Assembly: GCA_964595115.1 (NCBI GenBank)
Contig: CAZQOT010000001.1
Coordinates: 1 to 35,218, forward strand
Direction of reading: 5' to 3'
From: an uncultured Muribaculaceae bacterium
GTDB lineage: Bacteria; Bacillota_I; Bacilli_A; RF39; UBA660
DNA length: 35,218 nucleotides
Shown: positions 27,205 through 35,218 of the stretch, piece after piece
How positions within the stretch are numbered: the first letter of the stretch is position 1
Layout: every line of letters starts with the position of its first letter
Translations under genes and position numbers: made by a program
The notes under the pieces: generated by a model
Database searches by the model: none
Seen by the model: the letters and a program-made list of their open reading frames with translations, nothing else
Told to the model about the DNA's origin: nothing

Positions 27205-28049
27205 TATTTATCACCCCTTCTTGATAATGATGTATAAATGATATCTAATAAACTACCAAACAGTAGAATTAAACCTAATAATAAGATGGCTGGCCCAAAT
27301 ATCATAACACCTTGAATAATCAACGAGACAAGGAAGATAAAGGCAATTATCAAACCAACTTCAGCGAAGAAGAATGGAATAGTTAGAATAACAACGAATA
27401 CTTTTAGAATAATAAATATAACATCGAAAAAATCATTATTCTTTATTGTTATTTCTTCTTTCTTTTTAGGCTCACTTTTGCTTTTACCCTCAACAGTTGA
27501 AAATTTATTTATAATGGCTTCTATATAATGAATAGCAAACCATATTATGAGAATGGTATAGCATATATTTAATCCAATAATCCATATAGCTCTAACTGTT
27601 TCATATATAAAATAGTGACTAAATATTATATTAAAAATTCCTAAACCAATATACTCTACAATTTTAAATGGAATATGGATGATGGATGCAAAGATGAATG
27701 CTACAAAAATAAAGCAAATAATTAATAAAATACGTTTAGCTAATTGATCATCAATCCCTTTAAAGGCATCATCAATAAACTTTAATGTATAATCAATCCA
27801 TTTCATATTTGATTTTTTATCATTAGATTTATCAGTATCTTTTACTGAATCATCACTTACATTATCAATGTTTAATTTTACAATTAAATCAATATCACCA
27901 AGTGATGCAACAACATCTTTTTCATTCTTACCAGAGGCTATTTCTTCATCAATAATTCGTTCATATTTTTTTAATATACTATTTTTTTGTTTTTCATCTA
28001 AATCTTCTAGTTTAACTTCTAATTTTTTCAAAAAAGTTTTTTTAGTCAT
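27204..28049 (-). CDS. DUF1700/HAAS-like membrane protein (helical cytoplasmic N-domain plus polytopic C-terminus)
   Basis: [57 protein letters not shown] resembles the DUF1700 N-terminus, and at least four TM helices follow. The start overlaps the rbgA stop (TAATG). Confidence 0.5.
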   Translation of the reverse strand: MTKKTFLKKLEVKLEDLDEKQKNSILKKYERIIDEEIASGKNEKDVVASLGDIDLIVKLNIDNVSDDSVKDTDKSNDKKSNMKWIDYTLKFIDDAFKGIDDQLAKRILLIICFIFVAFIFASIIHIPFKIVEYIGLGIFNIIFSHYFIYETVRAIWIIGLNICYTILIIWFAIHYIEAIINKFSTVEGKSKSEPKKKEEITIKNNDFFDVIFIILKVFVVILTIPFFFAEVGLIIAFIFLVSLIIQGVMIFGPAILLLGLILLFGSLLDIIYTSLSRRGDK

Positions 28050-28915
28050 TATTTATTCCTCCCATCATAATAACTATATCTGTCAAAAGTAACTTTACCA
28101 AAACTACCGTTTGTTAAATCATTCATTATTAAATTATATACTTTTGTATAATCTATATCCCCACCTTTTAATAAAGCTCCTCGTCTTCTTCCAATATCAT
28201 CTAACGATTTTATAATATCTTCATTAATCTTATCTATATTATATCTTTCCCTCAATGATGAAGGATAATATTGATTTAATGTTTTTAATATATATATAGC
28301 CACATCATCGATTGGTAATACTTCATTTTTAATGGCTGTCATGGCTGCTAAATTATATGCTACCATATCATTTTCAAATTTAGGCCACAGAATTCCAGGA
28401 CTATCTAATAAATCTAGGAATGTTCCTACTCTTATCCAATTAAGTCCTTTGGTAACACCTGGTTTGTCTCCTACAACAGCTGCTTTCTTACCAACAAGTC
28501 GATTAATAAGAGTTGATTTGCCTACATTAGGGATGCCTATAATTAAGGCCCTTAGGGTCTTTTTGGTCATTCCCTTTATATTTGCTTTACTATTTAGTTC
28601 ATCTAAAATCATTTTACTTCGATCTATTATTTGATTGATATTTTTATTATTAATAAGGTCGACCCCAATAACGTAATAGCCTTTTCTCTCATAATAGCTT
28701 ATCCATTTACTTGTTTCAACCATGTCACACAAATCAATTTTGGTCATAATAAGAATTTTAGGTTTATTTTTAATTATTTGATCAATATCTTTTATTTTTG
28801 AGGAATATGGAATTCTAGCATCCACCACTTCAAAGATAACATCTATTAAATCTTTTTTTTCCTTAATCAATCTTTTAGTTTTAGCCATATGACCAGGATA
28901 CCAATTTATGTCCAT
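28049..28915 (-). CDS. rbgA: Ribosome biogenesis GTPase A (YlqF/RbgA)
   Basis: [11 protein letters not shown] and circularly permuted G motifs (MTKIDL...GIPNVGKST). The ATG at 28915 follows AGGTGA. Confidence 0.9.
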   Translation of the reverse strand: MDINWYPGHMAKTKRLIKEKKDLIDVIFEVVDARIPYSSKIKDIDQIIKNKPKILIMTKIDLCDMVETSKWISYYERKGYYVIGVDLINNKNINQIIDRSKMILDELNSKANIKGMTKKTLRALIIGIPNVGKSTLINRLVGKKAAVVGDKPGVTKGLNWIRVGTFLDLLDSPGILWPKFENDMVAYNLAAMTAIKNEVLPIDDVAIYILKTLNQYYPSSLRERYNIDKINEDIIKSLDDIGRRRGALLKGGDIDYTKVYNLIMNDLTNGSFGKVTFDRYSYYDGRNK

Positions 28916-28963
28916 AAATATCACCTACTTTTACATACATATTTTACCATAAATATATATAAT

Positions 28964-29359
28964 TTAGTAATCAATCATATCACAAAAATGAGATATGTCT
29001 ATACTCATATCATTATTTTCTGTTTTTGATACAACGATATATCCGGCACACTGTTCAAATTCTTTATTGTAAATAGGTGGGATTGAAAACTCACTCATAT
29101 TGTTTTTAACACCATTATAGAGAACATCCATTTTTAAAATAGCTATATTATCTTCATTAAATGATAGTATACTAGGGTTAATGTTATAAGCATAGATGAC
29201 ACATTCTTTTAAATAATCATAATTCATAGGTTTCTTACTTTCAATATAATCAGGAATAAATTTTGATAAAAATAGAATCACTACAATAATAATTATTATA
29301 CCTAAAATATATTTATTAATATGTCTATTAATATGATCAATTATATGATTATTCTTCAT
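28964..29359 (-). CDS. Hypothetical membrane-anchored protein, about 131 aa
   Basis: One TM helix. The ATG at 29359 follows AGGTGG and overlaps the end of the upstream gene by 11 nt. Confidence 0.45.
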   Translation of the reverse strand: MKNNHIIDHINRHINKYILGIIIIIVVILFLSKFIPDYIESKKPMNYDYLKECVIYAYNINPSILSFNEDNIAILKMDVLYNGVKNNMSEFSIPPIYNKEFEQCAGYIVVSKTENNDMSIDISHFCDMIDY

Positions 29360-29939
29360 ATTGACCACCACCTACTATAACATTAAAACTCATATATGTT
29401 TTTAGTGTTGAATAAAAATTATCTTTACGTGTAATTTCAACATTAAAAAAATAACGACCCTTCTCATTTACATATTTACTTATATCTTCAACATATTTTC
29501 CATTGTATAATATATTATTTTTCCTTTTTATTACTAAATGAATGTCTGATGATGTTACTTCTCTATAATTATATTTGTCATGAAAGTTCCAACTCTTATT
29601 TTCAAATGATCTATTTTTATATTTATTCCAGTATACTTCATATTCTTTAATACTTAGTTTAAAAGGCTCGCTATATGAAATGTTATTAACAATCGGAGTA
29701 ACATCATTTGAAGAATGTTGGGAATTGACAGTTCCCATAACAAAAGGAATTATTCCTCTTTTATATTTCTCATAATATTGAACATAAATATCATTATTGT
29801 TAATGGTTACTTTGAAGGTGTTAGAATAATATTTATTACTAAAATTAAACAATAATAAAGAGAATATCACAATTACAATAATTAAAAGGTTCCTTAAAGG
29901 TTTAAACATCTCATTTAGCATAAGACTACCTACTTCCAT
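29349..29939 (-). CDS. Hypothetical membrane-anchored protein, about 190 aa
   Basis: One N-terminal TM helix followed by an Asn/Tyr/Lys-rich extracytoplasmic domain. No family recognised. Confidence 0.45.
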   Translation of the reverse strand: MEVGSLMLNEMFKPLRNLLIIVIVIFSLLLFNFSNKYYSNTFKVTINNNDIYVQYYEKYKRGIIPFVMGTVNSQHSSNDVTPIVNNISYSEPFKLSIKEYEVYWNKYKNRSFENKSWNFHDKYNYREVTSSDIHLVIKRKNNILYNGKYVEDISKYVNEKGRYFFNVEITRKDNFYSTLKTYMSFNVIVGGGQYEE

Positions 29940-30021
29940 ATTCTACTATCTATATTGTAACATTTTATGAATAAAAATAATAGATTGGTTTAAATAATCA
30001 AATCATTTCATTTATATAAAA

Positions 30022-30042
30022 ATAGCACTTGATAAGTGCTAT
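30022..30042 (-). terminator. Terminator after lepB
   Basis: Minus strand reads ATAGCACTT-ATC-AAGTGCTAT followed by TTTTATATAAA. Confidence 0.55.
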
Positions 30043-30044
30043 AT

Positions 30045-30557
30045 TTATTTTACTATGCCAAAACGTTTAAAAGGAAATAATACTAAATTGGTTTTACCTA
30101 ATATATCTTTTTTATCAATAAGACCTATTGTTCTACTATCAGCTGAAATATTACGATTATCACCTAACACAAAATATTTATTCTTAGGGATAATTCCATC
30201 CTCACATAACTCATTAGTTGAAAAATCTTCGGTATTAATATTTACTACATCTTTAATCTCTTTACCATTTATATATAATGTATTATCAATATAATCTACT
30301 TTTTCACCTGGAAAACCTATTACTCTCTTTATTAAATGTTCATTTTCATAATCAACAACAATAATATCAAATCTTTTTAAACCATTTAAATTATAACCTA
30401 TTATATTTAAAATCATAATGTCGTTATCATATAAAGTTGTTTTCATTGAATCACCATTTACTTGAATGGGGGTAATAACAAATATTCTAATAATAATAAC
30501 AGCTACTATAATAAGACCATATTCGATAATTGTTTTAACTACTTTATTCATATTCAC
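30045..30557 (-). CDS. lepB: Signal peptidase I
   Basis: N-terminal TM helix, catalytic GDSMKTTL box, and KRVIG and GDNRNISADSR boxes. Confidence 0.9.
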   Translation of the reverse strand: MNMNKVVKTIIEYGLIIVAVIIIRIFVITPIQVNGDSMKTTLYDNDIMILNIIGYNLNGLKRFDIIVVDYENEHLIKRVIGFPGEKVDYIDNTLYINGKEIKDVVNINTEDFSTNELCEDGIIPKNKYFVLGDNRNISADSRTIGLIDKKDILGKTNLVLFPFKRFGIVK

Positions 30558-30564
30558 ACCAAAA

Positions 30565-30584
30565 AATAAGGCTAGTGCCTTATT
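30565..30584 (-). terminator. Hairpin between rplS and lepB (terminator or attenuator)
   Basis: Minus strand reads AATAAGGC-ACTA-GCCTTATT followed by TTTTGG. It overlaps the rplS stop. Confidence 0.45.
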
Positions 30585-30921
30585 AATTCCTCTCTTTAAT
30601 CTTAAATTGACCAGTTATTTTTCTTAGGAAATATGCTTTGGCACGTCTTAATTTACCTTTTTTAACAACCTTGATTGATGCTATTTTAGGTGAATGAATA
30701 GGAAATGTTCTTTCCACTCCAATGCCAGAAGATTTCTTTCTAACTGTAAAAGTTTCACTGACCCCGCCACCCTTACGAGCTATAACCGTTCCTTCAAAAT
30801 TTTGAATACGTTCACGTTTACCTTCGATGATTTTAACACCGACATTAACTGTGTCACCAACTCTAAATTCAGGTACGTTAGGGTTTAATTGAGCTTTAGT
30901 AATTTTGTCAATAACGTTCAT
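30583..30921 (-). CDS. rplS: 50S ribosomal protein L19
   Basis: [12 protein letters not shown]...[28 protein letters not shown] is canonical L19. Confidence 0.95.
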   Translation of the reverse strand: MNVIDKITKAQLNPNVPEFRVGDTVNVGVKIIEGKRERIQNFEGTVIARKGGGVSETFTVRKKSSGIGVERTFPIHSPKIASIKVVKKGKLRRAKAYFLRKITGQFKIKERN

Positions 30922-30939
30922 ACGAATCCTCCTCTACCC

Positions 30940-30967
30940 AGTGATCATATCCATGTAGCGGATCACC
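30940..30967 (-). promoter_or_regulatory. Structured rplS leader hairpin (candidate L19 autoregulatory leader)
   Basis: Minus strand reads GGTGATC-14 nt-GATCACT, 11 nt upstream of SD GGAGG. An alternative CTAC/GTAG pairing abuts the SD. Confidence 0.3.
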
Positions 30968-31018
30968 TTCTTTTTTCAACCTTTATAATATATCATATAA
31001 CAAATGAATGCGCAAGTA

Positions 31019-32119
31019 TTATCTTGCTTTTCCACTTAATTCATTTTGTCTAAAATCACCAAATAATTCAAGTTTAATATTTAGTTCGTTTATTATTATT
31101 TGTAATTTTCTAAGAATTAAATCACGATATTGTTCACCTAAAAATGATGCATAGTTTGCTATTAAAAATGATCTGTATTTTATTGCTTCATCTAAAACTG
31201 CTTTTGTTCCTTCTTCATCATCAGTCGCTAATAAGTAATTAAATTTATCATATAAAGATTTTAACTTTTTATCAATTTTCATTTTAATAACTTTATCGAT
31301 AAATGATGGTTTAATTAAAATCATTTTATTGACACTAATTACATCATTTCTTTTAGCGTCATTCTTTGGTGTGATATCTAATCCTTTTAATTTATTAAAT
31401 TCAAAAAAGACAATTTCATGTTTGTTAATATTTTTATCTAATAAGAAACCATTACATTTTTTAAATAAATCAGGCCTTTTTTCTAATGTCTTTATAATTC
31501 TCTCTGTTTGTCTCCACTTTTCAATTTTCTTATGATGGCCACTAAGTAATATCTCTGGTACTTCCATTCCTTCGTAATTTTGAGGTTTAGTATAAGTTGG
31601 ATAATCTAATAACCCATCTGCAAATGAATCTTTTTGATGCGATTCATCATCAATAACACCATCTATTAATCTAATGACACTATCCATAACCACCATACTA
31701 GGTAGTTCGCCACCTGTAAGAACATAATCACCAATACTTATTTCTAAATCAGCTAATGACCTGATACGTTCGTCAAATCCCTCATAATGACCACATATGA
31801 AAATTAAATGCTCACTATCTTTTAGAGTGTATGCTAATTTTTGATCATGCATGACACCTTGAGGAGTCATTAATATTACTTTTGATTTTTTAGTACGTAA
31901 ATCTTTAACAGCATCAAAAATTGGTTGACACATTAATACCATACCAGCACCACCACCGTATGGAGTATCATCTACTTTCTTATGTTTATCAGTAGAATAG
32001 TCTCTAATGTTATGAATATTAACCTCAGTTTTCTTATTATCAATAGCCCTTTTTATGATTGATTCATTTAAGAATCCATCAAACATCTTTGGAAATAATG
32101 TTAAGACATCTATTTTCAT
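31019..32119 (-). CDS. trmD: tRNA (guanine37-N1)-methyltransferase TrmD with a ~140-aa C-terminal extension of unknown function
   Basis: IDVLTLFPKMF, DDTPYGGGAGMVL and GHYEGFDERI motifs identify the SPOUT knot core, which ends near EKRPDLFKK. The ORF then continues for about 140 more residues. The ATG at 32119 follows GGAGG. Confidence 0.85.
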   Translation of the reverse strand: MKIDVLTLFPKMFDGFLNESIIKRAIDNKKTEVNIHNIRDYSTDKHKKVDDTPYGGGAGMVLMCQPIFDAVKDLRTKKSKVILMTPQGVMHDQKLAYTLKDSEHLIFICGHYEGFDERIRSLADLEISIGDYVLTGGELPSMVVMDSVIRLIDGVIDDESHQKDSFADGLLDYPTYTKPQNYEGMEVPEILLSGHHKKIEKWRQTERIIKTLEKRPDLFKKCNGFLLDKNINKHEIVFFEFNKLKGLDITPKNDAKRNDVISVNKMILIKPSFIDKVIKMKIDKKLKSLYDKFNYLLATDDEEGTKAVLDEAIKYRSFLIANYASFLGEQYRDLILRKLQIIINELNIKLELFGDFRQNELSGKAR

Positions 32120-32132
32120 AATTACCTCCATA

Positions 32133-32633
32133 TTACTTTCTATGACTATTTTTTACTCTTGAAATACCAGAATCTTGATTAATACTTTGATAATATTGCT
32201 CAATAATTTGTTCTATATCATAACATATTTTTCTATTTTCATTTCTAGAATCTCCATATAAATTATAAAATGCTTGATAGGCATCGTATGTTTCAATATC
32301 TAAAGGGAATTTATTATCTTTATGAATTATTTCTAACATTTTGCATTTCACACGTTCAATATAACATAAACTTATACCATAAGGTAAGGCAGTATAAAGA
32401 CTGCCAGCTAATCCACAATACAAAGGTATTAATGGTGGCATATTTAAACCACACGCATAATTTGCAATAGCTGTAATCCCCATAACGTATATGCCATTAT
32501 CAAGAAAAGTGTTACGTAGAGTTTCTAAATCTTCAGTGCGTATTCTCATATCTTCATACGTACGATATAATTTTAAAAACCTCTTCTTTCTTCTCTCCTC
32601 TTTTTTTAGTTCTTCATCACTTTTTATTACCAT
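32133..32633 (-). CDS. Hypothetical protein, 166 aa, with a central hydrophobic hairpin, inserted between rimM and trmD
   Basis: Charged N-terminus (KKEERRKKRF), two predicted TM helices (GIYVMGITAIANYACGL, LYCGLAGSLYTALPYGISLCYI), and a soluble C-terminus. Tightly packed within the operon. Confidence 0.5.
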   Translation of the reverse strand: MVIKSDEELKKEERRKKRFLKLYRTYEDMRIRTEDLETLRNTFLDNGIYVMGITAIANYACGLNMPPLIPLYCGLAGSLYTALPYGISLCYIERVKCKMLEIIHKDNKFPLDIETYDAYQAFYNLYGDSRNENRKICYDIEQIIEQYYQSINQDSGISRVKNSHRK

Positions 32634-32642
32634 AAAACCCTC

Positions 32643-33107
32643 CTACAACATATAATTTGTTTTTATTGCTTTTTCATTGTGATTTATATTAATAACAAAT
32701 GTATCTATATATGGAATAATAATTCTTTTATCACTTACAACTATCATGTCATATTTAACACCTTTTAATATTTCAATTACTTTTCCTATATAAACCTCGT
32801 TATTGTAAACATCATAACCTATAATTGTTTCAAATATTTTAGAATCTAATTCATCTTTATTGAAATATATACTTTTATTTTTATAAGGTAATACTTTTTC
32901 GATTGAATCTAATCCATCTAGTGTTAGCATATCATATTTTTGGTGTTTACGATAACTTTTGATTATAAATGATTCTTTATTATCTCCAATATATATTGTT
33001 TTATCAACTTTATATATATCGTCTATATTATCAAAATTTGAAATTATTTTTATTTCACCTTTTAAGCCGTGGGTCGCTACAAATTTTCCAACATTAACAT
33101 ATTCCAT
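32643..33107 (-). CDS. rimM: 16S rRNA processing protein RimM
   Basis: VGKFVATHGLKGEIKI N-terminal signature followed by a PRC-barrel-like C-terminus. Confidence 0.8.
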   Translation of the reverse strand: MEYVNVGKFVATHGLKGEIKIISNFDNIDDIYKVDKTIYIGDNKESFIIKSYRKHQKYDMLTLDGLDSIEKVLPYKNKSIYFNKDELDSKIFETIIGYDVYNNEVYIGKVIEILKGVKYDMIVVSDKRIIIPYIDTFVININHNEKAIKTNYML

Positions 33108-33109
33108 AG

Positions 33110-33841
33110 TTATTCCCCATCTAATTGATTCAATATTATACTACAAGCTACAGCAACATTCAATGATTCACAAGCATTATTTATCTTAATATATATATTT
33201 TCATCACACATTGTTTTAATATTAATATCTAAACCATGTCCTTCATTCCCCATAATTAAGGCATATTTAGAGGGAGGATTATATTTTTTGATTTCTATAC
33301 CATCAGTTACATCAGTACCTATTATTTTATAATTATCAGCCTTTAAACTAGGTATAAATGATATTAAATCCCTTTCAATAATATTTAAATGAAAGATTAA
33401 ACCTTGAGTTGCTCTTAATACTTTAAAATTATAAATATCGACTGTACCCTTACCTAAGATGATTGCATCAATGTTGAAAGCTACAGCACTACGAATAATA
33501 GTACCTAAATTACCTGGATCTTGAATATTATCTAGTATTAATATTTTACTTCCTAATTTTGTTTTTTCTTTAATTTTATTACATATACCTATCATGGTAG
33601 TAGGATTTGTTAAATTAGACAAATGTTTCATTACAGCTTCAGAAACATATGTTGTTGGAACATTAATGTCACTTTCTATACCTTCTAACATTAATATCTC
33701 TATTAATAATCCTTTAGTATATGCTTCATTTATGAGATGCTCTCCTTCAATAATAAATTTGTTATCTATGTCTCTATATTTTTTATCATGTAATTTCTTT
33801 ATTTCTTTAATTTTAATATTTTCTTTAGATTTAATAAACAT
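33110..33841 (-). CDS. TrmH/SpoU-family RNA 2'-O-methyltransferase
   Basis: DNIQDPGNLGTIIRSA, LIMGNEGHGL and LNVAVACSII are SPOUT motifs 1-3. Confidence 0.8.
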   Translation of the reverse strand: MFIKSKENIKIKEIKKLHDKKYRDIDNKFIIEGEHLINEAYTKGLLIEILMLEGIESDINVPTTYVSEAVMKHLSNLTNPTTMIGICNKIKEKTKLGSKILILDNIQDPGNLGTIIRSAVAFNIDAIILGKGTVDIYNFKVLRATQGLIFHLNIIERDLISFIPSLKADNYKIIGTDVTDGIEIKKYNPPSKYALIMGNEGHGLDINIKTMCDENIYIKINNACESLNVAVACSIILNQLDGE

Positions 33842-33848
33842 ACAATAC

Positions 33849-34469
33849 CTACTCTCTTAATTTTTTTCTAATAATTTTATACGAAGGATAATACTTTGAT
33901 ACTGTATTCCAAAATAATTTAGAATGATTAAAATGAATAAAATGGGATAATTCATGGACTATTACATAGTCTATATATTCATAAGAAAACTTAATTAAAT
34001 CAGAGTTTAAAGTTATTGAGTTATTTTTACGATTACATACTCCCCACCTACTAGTCATTTTTCTAATTTTAAGGATAGGATATGGGATATATTCATCAAA
34101 TAAACTATAGACATATTTTAAACGTTCATTAAATATTGGTTCTGCCAAATACTTATATGCTTCTTTTAATTTATCTTTATTTTTTATATATATTTTTCCA
34201 TTAATATATTCTGGATGTTTTAAATTGGAGATAGCTACTATATCAACTTTCTCCCCTAGAAAAGAATTCTCTTCTTTAAGGTTAGATCTTTTAATCATTT
34301 TTCTAAGGGCATTAATATTATTATCTAATAATTTGTAAATATCTTTATTTGATACAAGAAATGGTACATTAAGTTGAATTTTATTATCTTTAAACCTAAT
34401 ATATAAATTCCTAATTCTTTTCTTTTCAATCACTACATCATAATAGATGTTATCTATTTCATATTGCAT
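33849..34469 (-). CDS. M48/YgjP-like (DUF45) metal-dependent hydrolase
   Basis: RWGVC...VIVHELSHFIHFNHSKLFW contains the HExxH zincin motif in the YgjP arrangement. Confidence 0.75.
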   Translation of the reverse strand: MQYEIDNIYYDVVIEKKRIRNLYIRFKDNKIQLNVPFLVSNKDIYKLLDNNINALRKMIKRSNLKEENSFLGEKVDIVAISNLKHPEYINGKIYIKNKDKLKEAYKYLAEPIFNERLKYVYSLFDEYIPYPILKIRKMTSRWGVCNRKNNSITLNSDLIKFSYEYIDYVIVHELSHFIHFNHSKLFWNTVSKYYPSYKIIRKKLRE

Positions 34470-34528
34470 AATTTCACCACTTAAATTATAGCATATTTTT
34501 TTACTTTGTTGATTTCAAAGGTGATAAT

Positions 34529-34557
34529 TTGCATATTATGTCAAAATATGGTAGAAT
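34529..34557 (+). promoter_or_regulatory. SigA-type promoter (TTGCAT-N17-TAGAAT, TG-extended) for the 180-aa gene
   Basis: TTGCAT at 34529..34534, TGGTAGAAT ending at 34557, and SD AAGGAGG at about 34578. Confidence 0.55.
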
Positions 34558-34592
34558 ATGCAACAAGTAGTTAATTAAGGAGGAAACAATTA

Positions 34593-35135
34593 ATGAATGA
34601 ATATGAAGTTAAAGTATCTAAAATGAACGAAGTCGAACTTGCAAGTTACGCTATAGGAGTGTTATCTTATATTGAAGGGATAAAATTAAGAGAACCAGGT
34701 TATTTCTTTGATAACTTTGCTGAAGCAAAAGCAATAATTAACAAAACTGGAGAATTACACAATGAAAAATTAAAATACATGGCATTGCTTTTACAAACTG
34801 ATATTGATGAAGCAGAAAAAAGAAGAAAGAATCCACTTCGTACACCTGAAGAACAAGCATTCTATAATCATATTAAGGGTATTAATTCATGGATTTTTGA
34901 AAACAGAGTTGCTTATCCCAGAATTGATGAAGCTGATACTCAAATGAAAAGATTTGTAGAATTAAATTCAAAAGATTCGGACACACTTGCTGTTATGGAT
35001 GTATATACTAGAGCATTAGTTCCTAATATTATAGCAACTTATGGAGAAGAACAAGCAAAATTATATATTGAAGGATTATATGCTACTGGAATAAGAATAG
35101 AAGATCCAGAGGCAGAAATAGGAATGGTTAGATAA
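34593..35135 (+). CDS. Hypothetical cytoplasmic helical protein, 180 aa
   Basis: Strong SD (AAGGAGG) and its own promoter. No recognised domain. Confidence 0.55.
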   Translation: MNEYEVKVSKMNEVELASYAIGVLSYIEGIKLREPGYFFDNFAEAKAIINKTGELHNEKLKYMALLLQTDIDEAEKRRKNPLRTPEEQAFYNHIKGINSWIFENRVAYPRIDEADTQMKRFVELNSKDSDTLAVMDVYTRALVPNIIATYGEEQAKLYIEGLYATGIRIEDPEAEIGMVR

Positions 35136-35161
35136 ATATCTAACTTTTTTATTAAAAAACA

Positions 35162-35182
35162 AAAGCCCCTTATAGGGGCTTT
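35162..35182. terminator. GC-rich hairpin terminator
   Basis: AAAGCCCCT-TAT-AGGGGCTTT. The T-run lies on the minus-strand side (TTTTGTTTTTT), so it may mainly terminate a minus-strand gene beyond the window. Confidence 0.5.
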
Positions 35183-35218
35183 AACTACATCATATTTCCT
35201 TGACTTTTTTGTGTTTTG

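Overview
Very AT-rich, gene-dense chromosomal segment from a low-GC, endospore-forming Firmicute. spoIIM, spoIVB and spoVS are present. An N-domain-less ClpB behind a CIRCE operator hints at an Erysipelotrichia/Mollicutes-like lineage, but that is inference only. About 40 CDS, all but four on the minus strand. Most follow conserved housekeeping synteny: mnmA; xseB-xseA-nusB; murC; clpB; tdk; uppS; ppdK; xerC; topA; rnhB; rbgA; lepB; rplS-trmD-rimM. I saw no rRNA, tRNA, CRISPR array, transposase or prophage genes. The most unusual content is a two-locus module. (i) At 19.27-21.09 kb, an orphan prepilin-type gene ends in a TGA that is in frame with a downstream Ig-like plus glycine-rich protein; that protein has no canonical start codon, no usable SD and no signal peptide. 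(ii) At 13.35-13.91 kb, a 66-bp copy of the pilin promoter/leader (57/66 identical by hand alignment) is fused directly to the same start-less Cys-X12-Cys N-terminal module, here attached to an unrelated C-terminal domain. Smaller oddities: lineage-specific genes inserted into the rimM-trmD and lepB-rbgA-rnhB operons, a TrmD with a ~140-aa C-terminal extension, and an unannotated 32-codon membrane-peptide ORF. Several starts in the ORF track were corrected using SD spacing.
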